Origin: Candidatus Zixiibacteriota bacterium
Lineage (GTDB): Bacteria > Zixibacteria > MSB-5A5 > GN15 > JAAZOE01
Direction of reading: 5' to 3'
Length of the DNA: 64,000 nucleotides
NCBI GenBank assembly: GCA_043819555.1
Contig: JBDREQ010000064.1
Location: 1-64,000, forward strand
A model generated the notes under the pieces. That model was given only the letters and a program-made list of their open reading frames with translations. It ran no database searches and was not told the origin of the DNA. The position numbers and the translations under genes are program-made. Of the stretch, positions 20,955-30,469 are shown piece by piece (position 1 is the first letter of the stretch; every line of letters starts with the position of its first letter).

Positions 20955-21039
20955 TCATAAGGGCTCAAAATACATGACCTTTGAATATTATCGGCAATTT
21001 ATGCGAAATCAACAAAAAATAATGGGACCGGACTAAGAT

Positions 21040-21762
21040 TTATCTGGTCAGACCCGTCATACTTCTTAAATTATTGATTTCATCAGCAGTCAATTCGCGC
21101 CATCTCCCCTTTTTCAATCCCTGACAGGTAATGCCTCCAAACGATATTCTCTTTAGTTTAATCACCGGATGTCCGGCCGCTTCGCACAGATGTTTGACTT
21201 CCCGCTTGCGCCCTTCGGTCAGTTCCAACTCAATCTCGCTCTGGTTTACACACGCTGAAATAATCGAAACGCTGGCCTTTCCCACAACACCATCGGGAAG
21301 TTTAATTCCTCTTTTAAATAAACCTAATTTCTCACTTTCCATCTGGTCCTTAACACAAGCCCGATAAACTCTTTTGATGTTATAACGCGGATGCGTAAGA
21401 CGAAAAGCCAATTCGCCGTCATTGGTAAAAAGCAAAACGCCCTCGGTATCCAAATCCAGACGCCCAACCGGATTGAGGCGGTGCGGCATATCTTTGAGAA
21501 GATCAATTACAGTTTTTTTATGATGAGGGTCTCCGCGGGAAGTCAGATATCCCTTCGGTTTGTGCAACACGATGTATGTAAAAACTTCAATTGGAGCTAC
21601 ATGTTTACCGTCAATGCAGATTACATCTTTGGTTTCATCGACGTTATATCCCGGGGATTCCAGTATCTCGCCATTAACCGAGATTTTTCCTTCTATAATG
21701 AGCGAATCAGCCCGGCGGCGCGATGATACGCCGCACCGTGCCAGGTATTTATTAATTCTCAT
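21040..21762 (-). CDS. rluB: rRNA pseudouridine synthase (RluB/RsuA family)
   Basis: S4 domain 'RINKYLARCGVSSRR', 'PVGRLDLDTEG', 'LTHPRY', 'EGRKREV'; follows scpAB. Confidence 0.9.
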   Translation of the reverse strand: MRINKYLARCGVSSRRRADSLIIEGKISVNGEILESPGYNVDETKDVICIDGKHVAPIEVFTYIVLHKPKGYLTSRGDPHHKKTVIDLLKDMPHRLNPVGRLDLDTEGVLLFTNDGELAFRLTHPRYNIKRVYRACVKDQMESEKLGLFKRGIKLPDGVVGKASVSIISACVNQSEIELELTEGRKREVKHLCEAAGHPVIKLKRISFGGITCQGLKKGRWRELTADEINNLRSMTGLTR

Positions 21763-21782
21763 AATGATGATAAACCGGATGT

Positions 21783-22877
21783 CTAACGATCCGGATCATA
21801 TTCTTCATCATCCGATTCGTTTTCAGCGGTTTCTCGTCGATTGAAATAAATCGGGGCAGGACTATCCGCATCATCCAGGTTCTCGATGATAATCGAGCAA
21901 GGGCCTGACTCCGGTGTGGCTACGACAGTGTTTTCTCCGCCATCTTCCTGTTCGGCAACCGGCTCGTCCTCATCTTCTACCGGCAATTTGAATCGATTAA
22001 TTGGTGGAGGTGAAATTCCATTATCTTTGGAAACGTCACTAACTTCGGCGTCCAGTGAATCAATTTCAAGCTCGGTGCTAAACATATTGGTTTCGCTGAC
22101 TTCGCGCGGCAGTTCAATGATTTCTTCCGGTTCCGAGTCTATGCCATCTCTGCGCAAATCATCCTGAAAATCATCCTGAATAGCTTCATATTCATCTACC
22201 CTGACCGCCACGCTTTCGGGAATTTCTTCCAGAGTGGTTTCCAGGATTTCAGATTCCTCGCCATCTTCATCATTTGCTTCAAAAGCACTTTGCTCTTTTA
22301 CCTCTTCAAATGGCAAAGCGGTTTGCTCTTTGGGTTCTTCAGACAGCTTAATCATCTCTTCAATTTCGTCCATGCGAGGCAAATCAGTTAATCGATTCAA
22401 CCCGAAGAATTTTAAAAATTCGGATGATGTTTTATATAACAAAGGCCGTCCTGGCGTTTCCGCGCGTCCGGCAATCAGGATTAACTTATGGCTAAGGAGA
22501 TTATGCAATACTCCGTCGGAAGCGACTCCGCGAATATGTTCGACCTCGGTTTTAGTGACAGGCTGTTTGTAGGCAATTATCGCCAGTGCCTCCAGTGCGG
22601 CCCGAGTCAGGCGAACGGTACGTTCTTTGGTCAAGAGACGTTTAATTAATATTTCAAAATCAGGTAAGATATGGAATTGATATCCATTGGCCACTTCCCT
22701 GATGCGAAACGACGAACCGCATCCCATATAGACATTGTTGAGATCATCGACGCCCTGCCTTATTCTTGCCGGAGTAATATCGCCAATGACATCGCATAAT
22801 TTCCTGACGGATACCGGCTCGGGAGAGGCCAGAATCAACGCTTCAATTGTACAATTTGTATTTTCATCTTTAATCAT
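21783..22877 (-). CDS. scpB: SMC-ScpAB subunit ScpB with long acidic C-terminal tail
   Basis: 'LTRAALEALAIIAYKQPVT..EVE.IRGV', 'GRPLLY.TS.EFLKFFGL'. Confidence 0.95.
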   Translation of the reverse strand: MIKDENTNCTIEALILASPEPVSVRKLCDVIGDITPARIRQGVDDLNNVYMGCGSSFRIREVANGYQFHILPDFEILIKRLLTKERTVRLTRAALEALAIIAYKQPVTKTEVEHIRGVASDGVLHNLLSHKLILIAGRAETPGRPLLYKTSSEFLKFFGLNRLTDLPRMDEIEEMIKLSEEPKEQTALPFEEVKEQSAFEANDEDGEESEILETTLEEIPESVAVRVDEYEAIQDDFQDDLRRDGIDSEPEEIIELPREVSETNMFSTELEIDSLDAEVSDVSKDNGISPPPINRFKLPVEDEDEPVAEQEDGGENTVVATPESGPCSIIIENLDDADSPAPIYFNRRETAENESDDEEYDPDR

Positions 22878-23683
22878 CAGTCTATATTTACCTTTTCTTT
22901 GTCAACGGCCGGTCTGATATTTATGGCTCCAATTGTGGGCAATGGGCTTATTGCCTGCAGCAGACGATCGGTTCTGTAAACTCTGATTTCCGAAAACAGC
23001 CGCGCCTGCCGAATCATTATACGATGATTCTTTGCCAATTCGAGAATGGCAAGAAAAGTCAAAATCGCTATTATTTTCACTTTGATATCAGAGAATAATT
23101 CTTCAAGAGACACAAATTCGCTTTTTGATAATTTCTCGACGATAATTTCAATCCGATCATCAACCGAAACATCCTGATGATCCACGAGGTATGAATTATC
23201 ATCTTTGTAGGCTGACATTACTTCATGAAACACTGTCAGCAATTCGAATAGAGAATTGTTTTCGACAAGGACGGGGCGATCCGGTTTGAAACCATTGGTC
23301 CTTCCGGCCACAGCGGAAAGCCTCGTTTCGAGTTCGCGTTTTTCCCGCAGAATCTCACCGGCCTCTTTAAATTTTCCATATTCCAAAAGAGCCCGAGTCA
23401 GTTCTTCCCGGGGATCAACTTCTTCGTTATCGATCGATTCCCGCGGCAGCAGCATCTGGGCCTTGATGCGAATCAGGGTCGCGGCCAGAAGAATATAATC
23501 GCCGGCGTTTTCCAGATTGAGCAGTTTGAGCATTTTGACATATTCCATATACTGACTGGTAATGCGGGCGATCGGGATATCATAAATATCAATTTCATCC
23601 TTCCGAATTAAATACAGAAGCAAATCCATCGGTCCTTGAAAAACATCGATGTCAACCGAGTAGTTATTGATATCAACCGTCAT
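22877..23683 (-). CDS. scpA: Segregation/condensation protein ScpA
   Basis: 'FQGPMDLLLYLI...EIDIYDIPIA.IT.QY', 'TFLAILEL'. Confidence 0.95.
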   Translation of the reverse strand: MTVDINNYSVDIDVFQGPMDLLLYLIRKDEIDIYDIPIARITSQYMEYVKMLKLLNLENAGDYILLAATLIRIKAQMLLPRESIDNEEVDPREELTRALLEYGKFKEAGEILREKRELETRLSAVAGRTNGFKPDRPVLVENNSLFELLTVFHEVMSAYKDDNSYLVDHQDVSVDDRIEIIVEKLSKSEFVSLEELFSDIKVKIIAILTFLAILELAKNHRIMIRQARLFSEIRVYRTDRLLQAISPLPTIGAINIRPAVDKEKVNID

Positions 23684-24654
23684 TTAAAATAGTCCATTTT
23701 CATGTTGCGTCTCACTCTATCCATTGCCTCGGCAGCCCGTTTACGCGCCTTTTGACCGCCGTCCTTTAGAACATCAAAAACAAAGTCAGGTTTTTCAACT
23801 AATTTTTTTCTTTTTTCTCGTATTGGCGCCAGGGCCGAATTCAGGTTTTCAGTCAATCTTTTCTTGCAATCGACACAACCGAGTTCGCCGCTTTTACAGG
23901 GCCCGACAATATCGGCATGGTCGGGAGTATAAATTTGATGGAGTAAAAATACAGGGCATATCTCAGGTCGCCCCGGATCGCCTTTACGCAATTTCTCCGG
24001 ATCGGTAAAAAATCTCTTTAGTTTTTGGGCCGTTTCTTCTTCGCTGTCGGCCAGGGCAATGTGATTATTCAAAGATTTTGACATTTTCTTACCGTCCGAA
24101 CCGGGAATCGTCGGGAATTTTGTCAGAAGGGCTTCAGGTTCATTGAATGTCGGTCCGTAGAGATTGTTAAATTTTTTGGCTAGATCATTAGCCAGCCAGA
24201 TATGTTTTACCTGGTCCTTTCCCACCGGGACTTTATTGGCATTATATATAAGGATATCGGCCGCCTGCAAAACAGGATATCCCAAAAAACCGTAACTATC
24301 CAAACCAGCTTCTTCCTTTTTTTCAAGGTAAGTCGGCAAGCGCGTCAGAGTAGGAACGGTCGTTATCATCGATAATAAGAGATGAAGTTCGGCGTGCTCT
24401 TTGACATCGGATTGAATAAAAATCGCGCATTTTTGAGGATCCAGCCCCCCTGCTATGAAATCAACAGCCATTTGAAAGACATTTTCCTTAAGCTCATTAG
24501 TCTTATCGAATTCAGCGGTCAATGCATGCCAATCGACAATGCACAAATACATTTCATAAGAATCCTGCAGGGCCGCCCAGTTTTTCAAGGCGCCCTCATA
24601 ATTTCCCAAATGCAGATGACCGGTCGGCTGCATGCCCGATAAAATCGTTTCCAT
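23680..24654 (-). CDS. trpS: Tryptophanyl-tRNA synthetase
   Basis: 'SGMQPTGHLHLGNY', 'YPVLQAADIL', 'VPVGKDQ', 'KMSKS'. Confidence 0.97.
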   Translation of the reverse strand: METILSGMQPTGHLHLGNYEGALKNWAALQDSYEMYLCIVDWHALTAEFDKTNELKENVFQMAVDFIAGGLDPQKCAIFIQSDVKEHAELHLLLSMITTVPTLTRLPTYLEKKEEAGLDSYGFLGYPVLQAADILIYNANKVPVGKDQVKHIWLANDLAKKFNNLYGPTFNEPEALLTKFPTIPGSDGKKMSKSLNNHIALADSEEETAQKLKRFFTDPEKLRKGDPGRPEICPVFLLHQIYTPDHADIVGPCKSGELGCVDCKKRLTENLNSALAPIREKRKKLVEKPDFVFDVLKDGGQKARKRAAEAMDRVRRNMKMDYFK

Positions 24655-24666
24655 AGTTACTCCGCG

Positions 24667-25173
24667 TTAATCCAAAAAAAGATATGGCCTCCAGCGCTCA
24701 TCGGAAATACCGATGAAACTCTGAATAAAAGTTATATGGCTGGGCCGGTGTGGCTTTTTAAACAGTTTCATTCCCGCCTGTTCGGGAAGGCGATCGCCTT
24801 TGCGGTTATTGCATTTCTCACAAGCGCAAACCATATTTTCCCAAGTGTCGGTGCCGCCATAACATTTCGGAATGATATGATCGACTGTCATCGGACCCCG
24901 CACATCGCGGCAATACTGGCACATATGACGATCGCGCTTGATAATATTCTTCCGGGTTAATAGAATATTTTTGTACGGAACTCGAATATATCCGCCCAGA
25001 CGGACAATCGACGGCAGCGGAATTGAGGAATTCACCGAATGAACTCGGACGCCATCATACGTCTCCACGATTTCAACCTTTCCCAGAAGCTGCATTATTA
25101 TGGCACGCTTAGCCGAGCATACCGATAACGGCTCATAATTTTGATTCAGCACTAATACTCTACTGGTAATCAC
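24667..25173 (-). CDS. HNH endonuclease
   Basis: 'VLVLNQNYEPL', 'RDRHMCQYC', 'TVDHIIP...GG.DTWENMV.AC..CN.RKG'. Confidence 0.92.
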   Translation of the reverse strand: MITSRVLVLNQNYEPLSVCSAKRAIIMQLLGKVEIVETYDGVRVHSVNSSIPLPSIVRLGGYIRVPYKNILLTRKNIIKRDRHMCQYCRDVRGPMTVDHIIPKCYGGTDTWENMVCACEKCNNRKGDRLPEQAGMKLFKKPHRPSHITFIQSFIGISDERWRPYLFLD

Positions 25174-25208
25174 GATGCTAACTCCCGCTAACGGCCGGTA
25201 AATTAGGT

Positions 25209-25237
25209 ATTATGGATAACTTAACACGGTGTGTCAA
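25209..25237 (-). promoter_or_regulatory. Sigma70-type promoter of the HNH-trpS-scpAB-rluB operon
   Basis: TTGACA-N17-CATAAT on the minus strand. Confidence 0.65.
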
Positions 25238-25477
25238 CTTCAAAATTGTCTTCAAAACTAATAAATTCAATACGCCCGGCCTAAATGCGCTTACACCCTG
25301 TTTATTATTTTTACGCTTATCCAATATAATCGCTGAAAAATAATTTTGCATTTGATTTTTACCCCTTTCATTCGTTTAAAAAACAAATGAGATAAAATGT
25401 AAAATGGACACTTTACAGACTTGCAAATTATCGTATATTGTGAGGCTTATTTGTCTGAAGAAGAAGGAGTGTTGATT

Positions 25478-28401
25478 GTGAAAATATATATTTCTCTATT
25501 ACTTGGCATCGCCTTATTTTCTAATTTGGCGATGGCTGACGATTTATATCGGGTGAACCTTAGAAACCAGCAGGACGCAAGTTTATTAGAAGCTTCCGGA
25601 ATTGAGCCGGTCCTCAGAGTTGATGGAGATTACTTGGTTCTGGCCAATCAAAATACAATGATACAATTAACTCAATCAGGGCTTCCCATGTACCGTCTGG
25701 CGTCGGATATTAATCTGGATGAGTTATTTCTTGAATTTGAAGAAGGCGCAGGCGATAATGCCAATTACAAGACACTTTTTGAATTCAACAGCTTAAAACT
25801 CTATCAATCATCCGCCACCAACCTGACCCTGTCAGCAATATCCACCAAAATGCTCCCAGTCAGAGGCAATCAGCCTCGGATTTTTTTCAGGCGTCCGACA
25901 ATATTTAATCCGTCATTTTCAATAGTAAACGCCCAAATCGATCTGGATTCACTCACCGGCCTTGTGAGCAAGGATACCATCATGGCATACACCGATACTC
26001 TTCAGACTTTTAATGGCCGATTATCGGGAACGCCTTCAATTTTTGCCGCCCGCGATTGGATCGCGGCCAAGTTTACAGCATTTGGCTACGATTCGGTTGT
26101 TGTCGATTCCTTTACCGGTATTCAACAAAACACCCGGGACGATGTCCCGGCTTATAATGTCGCGGCTTACAAAATTGGCACCGTTTATCCGGAGAAGCAT
26201 ATTATTATTGGCGCTCATTATGATGCCGTCTATGGCTCTCCCGGAGCAGATGATAATGGGTCTGGTACGGTTGGCGTTCTTGAATTCGCAAGAGTACTTT
26301 CGAATCTGGACACATATATGACAATAGTACTGGTCGTTTTGATTCCGAAGAATCGGGTCTTCACGGCTCTCACCATTACGTTAATAATGCTGAAGCTATA
26401 GGTGAGGATATCGTCTATATGCTGAATATGGATATGATCGCCAATATCGACAATGATATTTTTGCCAAGCTTTTTCATGGCGCCCAAACCGCTTATTCCC
26501 AATTATGGGGGAACCTGGCCGATAGCTTATTCAACATAATCGGAGTTTTGTCAGGAACCTCACCGAGTTCGGATCATTATCCGTTTCAACTTAAGGGTTA
26601 CGATGTAACTTTTGTTTTTGAATATGAATTTTCAACAGTTTACCACTCTCCGCGGGATAGCGCTACTTATATGAATTTTGATTACATGACAAAAATGATA
26701 AAATCCTCACTGGCAACGGCGTATGTCGTCGATTATTCACCGCCTCCGGTGATAATTACAAGCATTGGTGACGTCGGCGATGGCCAATCATTAAAAGTTA
26801 TGTGGGAAACCCTAGACCAGAATTATACCGATCATTATTATTTGCACTATAATCAAGTTCCGGCGGCAAATCCCGATTCGGTGCTGATACCCAATGATAG
26901 CAGTAGTTATGTAGTCAATGGATTAATTGAGGGACAGAAATACAGCTTCTATATGATCTCTTATGATAATCTGGGCCGCTCATCAATCGCAATTACAAAA
27001 GTCGAGGCTACGCCTCTGGCAATACCTCATAATCCGGGCGGTTTAAAAGCGCTGCCGATTTTTGGTGCGATAAATCTAATCTGGGGCAAGAACAATATTG
27101 AGCTTGATTTCAGCCATTATCAGATCATCCGTGATGGAACGTTATTACCTGATATTGTATCTGATACGACTTATACCGATAATGATCCATCTCTGGGTTC
27201 GAATTTGCATGACTATTTGGTTGTTGCTTTCGATGAGAGCGATAATATGTCCGACACGACCGGGGCCGAACCGGTTCAGATGAAAACGGCCGCACTTGAG
27301 GCGGATCGAATTCTTGCCCTCAATCGTTCATCGGATCAGTTTTTCGCCAATGTCAATGAACAGATTACCGGCGAATTTATGCGCCAGGCTCTGGAAGGAA
27401 TGAATTATGATTATTATTCTGATAGTTCGACCGCCAATACCGAACGAGCCGACTTGATTTCATTATTGGATTATGGAGTTGTAATTATCGGAGCCGAATC
27501 AGGAAACTCCACTGACGATATCGGAGCCTTCCCTGGAAACTTCCTGAACGATCTTTCTTATTATTTATCCATCGGAGGGAAAGCCGTCGTTTTTGGCCGC
27601 TGGGGTACAATAACTTCCCCTCCATCCCGTATGGATACGGTTTTTTATAATCCCGCAGCCTATAATGGGGATTATTATAATTACTTCAACACTGCCTTTA
27701 GAATAATTCCGACCACGGAAATTACTACTCCCGGACCCTACCTGGTTTCGGACTTTGTGGGCGCAATTAGTCAAATATCGGGATATCCTTCACTCAACTG
27801 GGACTCAACAGCGACGGCCAATCATATCAGCCCCATTTTCCTGGCGGCATCTGGGATTCCCAGCCCGAGCATACCGGGGATTTTTGGCTCGGGTAATGAA
27901 ATAATTTATACTTATAATTCCTCGACAGGCAACGCTGAAACGGATGGCAAACCAATTGCATGGCGCCATATTAACAGCAGCAGAGATTATGTTTTCTTTG
28001 ATATCCCTCTTTCATTTATTGAACGGACCGCGGCAATTACCGCGTTACAAAAGGCCATTTATGATCTGGTGACTCCCGTCGCGACGGATGATGAATTTGA
28101 TGAAAAATCTTTGCCGATATACTTTACCCTATCGCAGAATTATCCAAATCCGTTTAATCCTCGGACAACAATTGAATTTTATAATCCCTATAATCAACCT
28201 CGCAATGCATCGCTTAAAGTTTTCAATATAATCGGGCAGGAAATCAAATTGTTATTTGACGATATTGCGCAGCCCGGAATCAACCACATTGAATGGGATG
28301 GCACCGATAATATAGGCCGGCCCGTGTCTTCGGGAATTTACTTCTACCAATTGAAAACTGATGAGATATCTGAAACCAAAAAGATGTTACTCTTGAAATA
28401 A
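25478..28401 (+). pseudogene. Secreted M28 metallopeptidase + FN3 + FlgD-Ig tail, split by a 1-nt frameshift near 26336 (pseudogene or sequence error)
   Basis: ORF1 has 'GAHYD..GADDNGSG'. The next M28 motifs 'FDSEESGL.GS', 'LNMDMI', 'SDH', 'YHS..D' are in the frame of ORF2 (26419..28401) and begin upstream of its ATG. Tail 'QNYPNPFNP.TTI'. Confidence 0.85.
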
Positions 28402-28419
28402 TTCCGAATATTACAAATT

Positions 28420-28456
28420 AAAAGGCCGGTCGTAATAAGCGATCGGCCCTTTTTTA
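28420..28456. terminator. Bidirectional intrinsic terminator
   Basis: GGCCGGTCG...CGATCGGCC stem flanked by A and T runs between convergent genes. Confidence 0.75.
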
Positions 28457-28470
28457 TTCATGTGTGACGT

Positions 28471-29604
28471 TTATGATTCAATAAGTTCAACATTGGCGCG
28501 CGGGACAATCGCGGTTTGACCGTCGTCAAATTCGACTTCCAAAACGCGAGCCTTTGATTCTGATTCCAAAACCTGGAGCGGCGATGGCAATCCTGAAACC
28601 TTACCCAGCATTCCAAAATAAGGGTGGCGGATAACACGAATCGGAGATCCAATTTCAAGACCCTGCTGTTCATAGGCGGCTGAGTCATCCTTTTCTTTCG
28701 GATCACCGCCGAGAGGTACAACTACTTCCGGGCGGATTACGCCGGCTCGAATTTGAGTAGCCCCATTAATACATGCCATTTGCCCATTTCTGGATTTAAG
28801 CAGATCAAATGTTTTTTGAGCCATGTTGATATCGCCAAACCCTTCCGTAACAACCAGAGTAATGCCCAAATCCTCAGAGCCGGTAATGGCTACGCCGATA
28901 TCATATCCCAAAAACTCGCGCAAATCCTTATCATCAAAACCGCCGGTGACAACGCCTTTGGCCCCGACTTTTATAGCCTTTCTAATAGCATTAGCAGTTA
29001 CCCGGGAACCGCCGATGATGATGCAGTCTTTGCAATCATCGGTAATATATTTTTCCTGCAACTGAGTGTAATTATCCGGGACAACAACTTTAATCATCCC
29101 ATGGGTCTCGCCGCCGATGCCAAATATACCCTGTATAAACGCTCCCCAGGCCGCCACAGCCACACCCTCTTCGGGGATCACTTCCATAACTTCGCCTACG
29201 AGATATGCCGTTACTTCAACCGGAATGGGCTCTCCGCGCAGAAGAACCTGACCGGTAATGCTGGATATTGATTCCACTGTACCTTTCAAAGTGGACGCAC
29301 TTGAAGAGGAAAATATTTTCAATCCAAAAAGAGGTTTTGTGCGGGCGATAATTTCGCCCTTTTCAACCGCGTCACCCACCTTTTTGAGCATACATCCCTC
29401 AATATCCTCGGGTGGCAACCCCAATTGGTTGGCGACATTAATAGGTTCGACGTCACCGGGTAAAAATGTCCGGGCAACTACGGTCTCAGGCGAAACTCTG
29501 TCGCCCTTTGAAGCGACAACTTCTCCTTTAAGGGGGAGAATTCTTCTCTTCGTCACAAGCAGCTTTTCGCTGACTTTCAATCCGGGTGTATATGCATGTG
29601 CCAT
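28471..29604 (-). CDS. Conserved-looking hypothetical cytoplasmic protein, GlmL-neighbour (barrel-sandwich-hybrid-like, swivelling-like and KOW-like segments)
   Basis: 'KGDRVSPETVVA', 'KVGDAVEKGEIIA...GTVESI', 'GAKGVVTGG', 'TEGFG', 'GSPIRVIRHPYFGMLGKV'. Confidence 0.75.
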   Translation of the reverse strand: MAHAYTPGLKVSEKLLVTKRRILPLKGEVVASKGDRVSPETVVARTFLPGDVEPINVANQLGLPPEDIEGCMLKKVGDAVEKGEIIARTKPLFGLKIFSSSSASTLKGTVESISSITGQVLLRGEPIPVEVTAYLVGEVMEVIPEEGVAVAAWGAFIQGIFGIGGETHGMIKVVVPDNYTQLQEKYITDDCKDCIIIGGSRVTANAIRKAIKVGAKGVVTGGFDDKDLREFLGYDIGVAITGSEDLGITLVVTEGFGDINMAQKTFDLLKSRNGQMACINGATQIRAGVIRPEVVVPLGGDPKEKDDSAAYEQQGLEIGSPIRVIRHPYFGMLGKVSGLPSPLQVLESESKARVLEVEFDDGQTAIVPRANVELIES

Positions 29605-29637
29605 TCTGTTTTTGCCTTCCTAAAATTACTCCAAATT

Positions 29638-30444
29638 CTAATCGGACTTTTCCTTTGATTTTTTCACGCGAGGCGCGATGACAAAATTCCATATCAAGCC
29701 AAAAGAAATGATCACTAATACTCCGGCAAGCATCCAGTTTTTGAATCGCGTAACCGGTTCAGCCGCCTGTTCCTCAGTCGCCTCAGATGAAGATTCGTTC
29801 AGGTTTTCCGTATTGCCGACTTCCGTAAATTTCAGTTCTTCCTGCGCCTGAGCTTCTTTTAAATTATCAAATGATAGTGATGCGATCACGCTGTCAAAAA
29901 TCGGCTTATTATCTTCAAACGCGGAATCCGGACTATAACAATAGAGAGTCACCAAACCGGCGTCATTCAATTTCATATGCATCAGAAGCTTCATCATCGC
30001 TTCAGGAGTAAAAGCCATTTCCGATATGACTGTAATTGATTTTTCTTTCAAATTTAACCGAGGCTGTCCGGGCAACAAATCAGACATTTTATCCACTACG
30101 CGGCTTTTGTAAATGTCCTTCTTATAACTGTCGGAGATATCTTGAAGCAATGAATCCGCCTCGTGCTTGCCCAATTCTCCGGTAGAGTCGAAGGCAATCA
30201 CGACATAAGCGTCATCCAGATATTGCGATGATATTGGCGCGAAAACTGCTTCATAATTATATGCATCGCTGGAGGCATCAGAAGGCGAAAATATGGCATC
30301 AACAATTCGGTAATCGACTTTTTCCCAATTTTTCGGATAGCTTATCCAGAAACCGCCTTTCCAATTGACATAGTTTCCTGCCAGAGCGCCAATTGGCAAT
30401 ATAAAAACCGCCAATGCTAAAAAAATTATCACCCACTTTTTCAT
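29638..30444 (-). CDS. Hypothetical exported protein with C-terminal membrane anchor
   Basis: Start reassigned to MKKWVIIF (GAAGGA RBS). Signal peptide, 'F.ISYPKNW' PsbP/DcrB-like start, C-terminal TM followed by a basic tail. Confidence 0.7.
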   Translation of the reverse strand: MKKWVIIFLALAVFILPIGALAGNYVNWKGGFWISYPKNWEKVDYRIVDAIFSPSDASSDAYNYEAVFAPISSQYLDDAYVVIAFDSTGELGKHEADSLLQDISDSYKKDIYKSRVVDKMSDLLPGQPRLNLKEKSITVISEMAFTPEAMMKLLMHMKLNDAGLVTLYCYSPDSAFEDNKPIFDSVIASLSFDNLKEAQAQEELKFTEVGNTENLNESSSEATEEQAAEPVTRFKNWMLAGVLVIISFGLIWNFVIAPRVKKSKEKSD

Positions 30445-30469
30445 AAAAATATATCCTTCATATGATCCC

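Noticed and set aside
24667..25173. HNH gene as a mobile homing endonuclease or defence system
   Set aside because: It looks like the common stand-alone chromosomal HNH type, heads a housekeeping operon, and has no intron, methylase or mobile context.
26336..26341. Programmed -1 ribosomal frameshift
   Set aside because: No X-XXY-YYZ heptamer or obvious stimulatory structure, and the upstream product alone would be a half active site.
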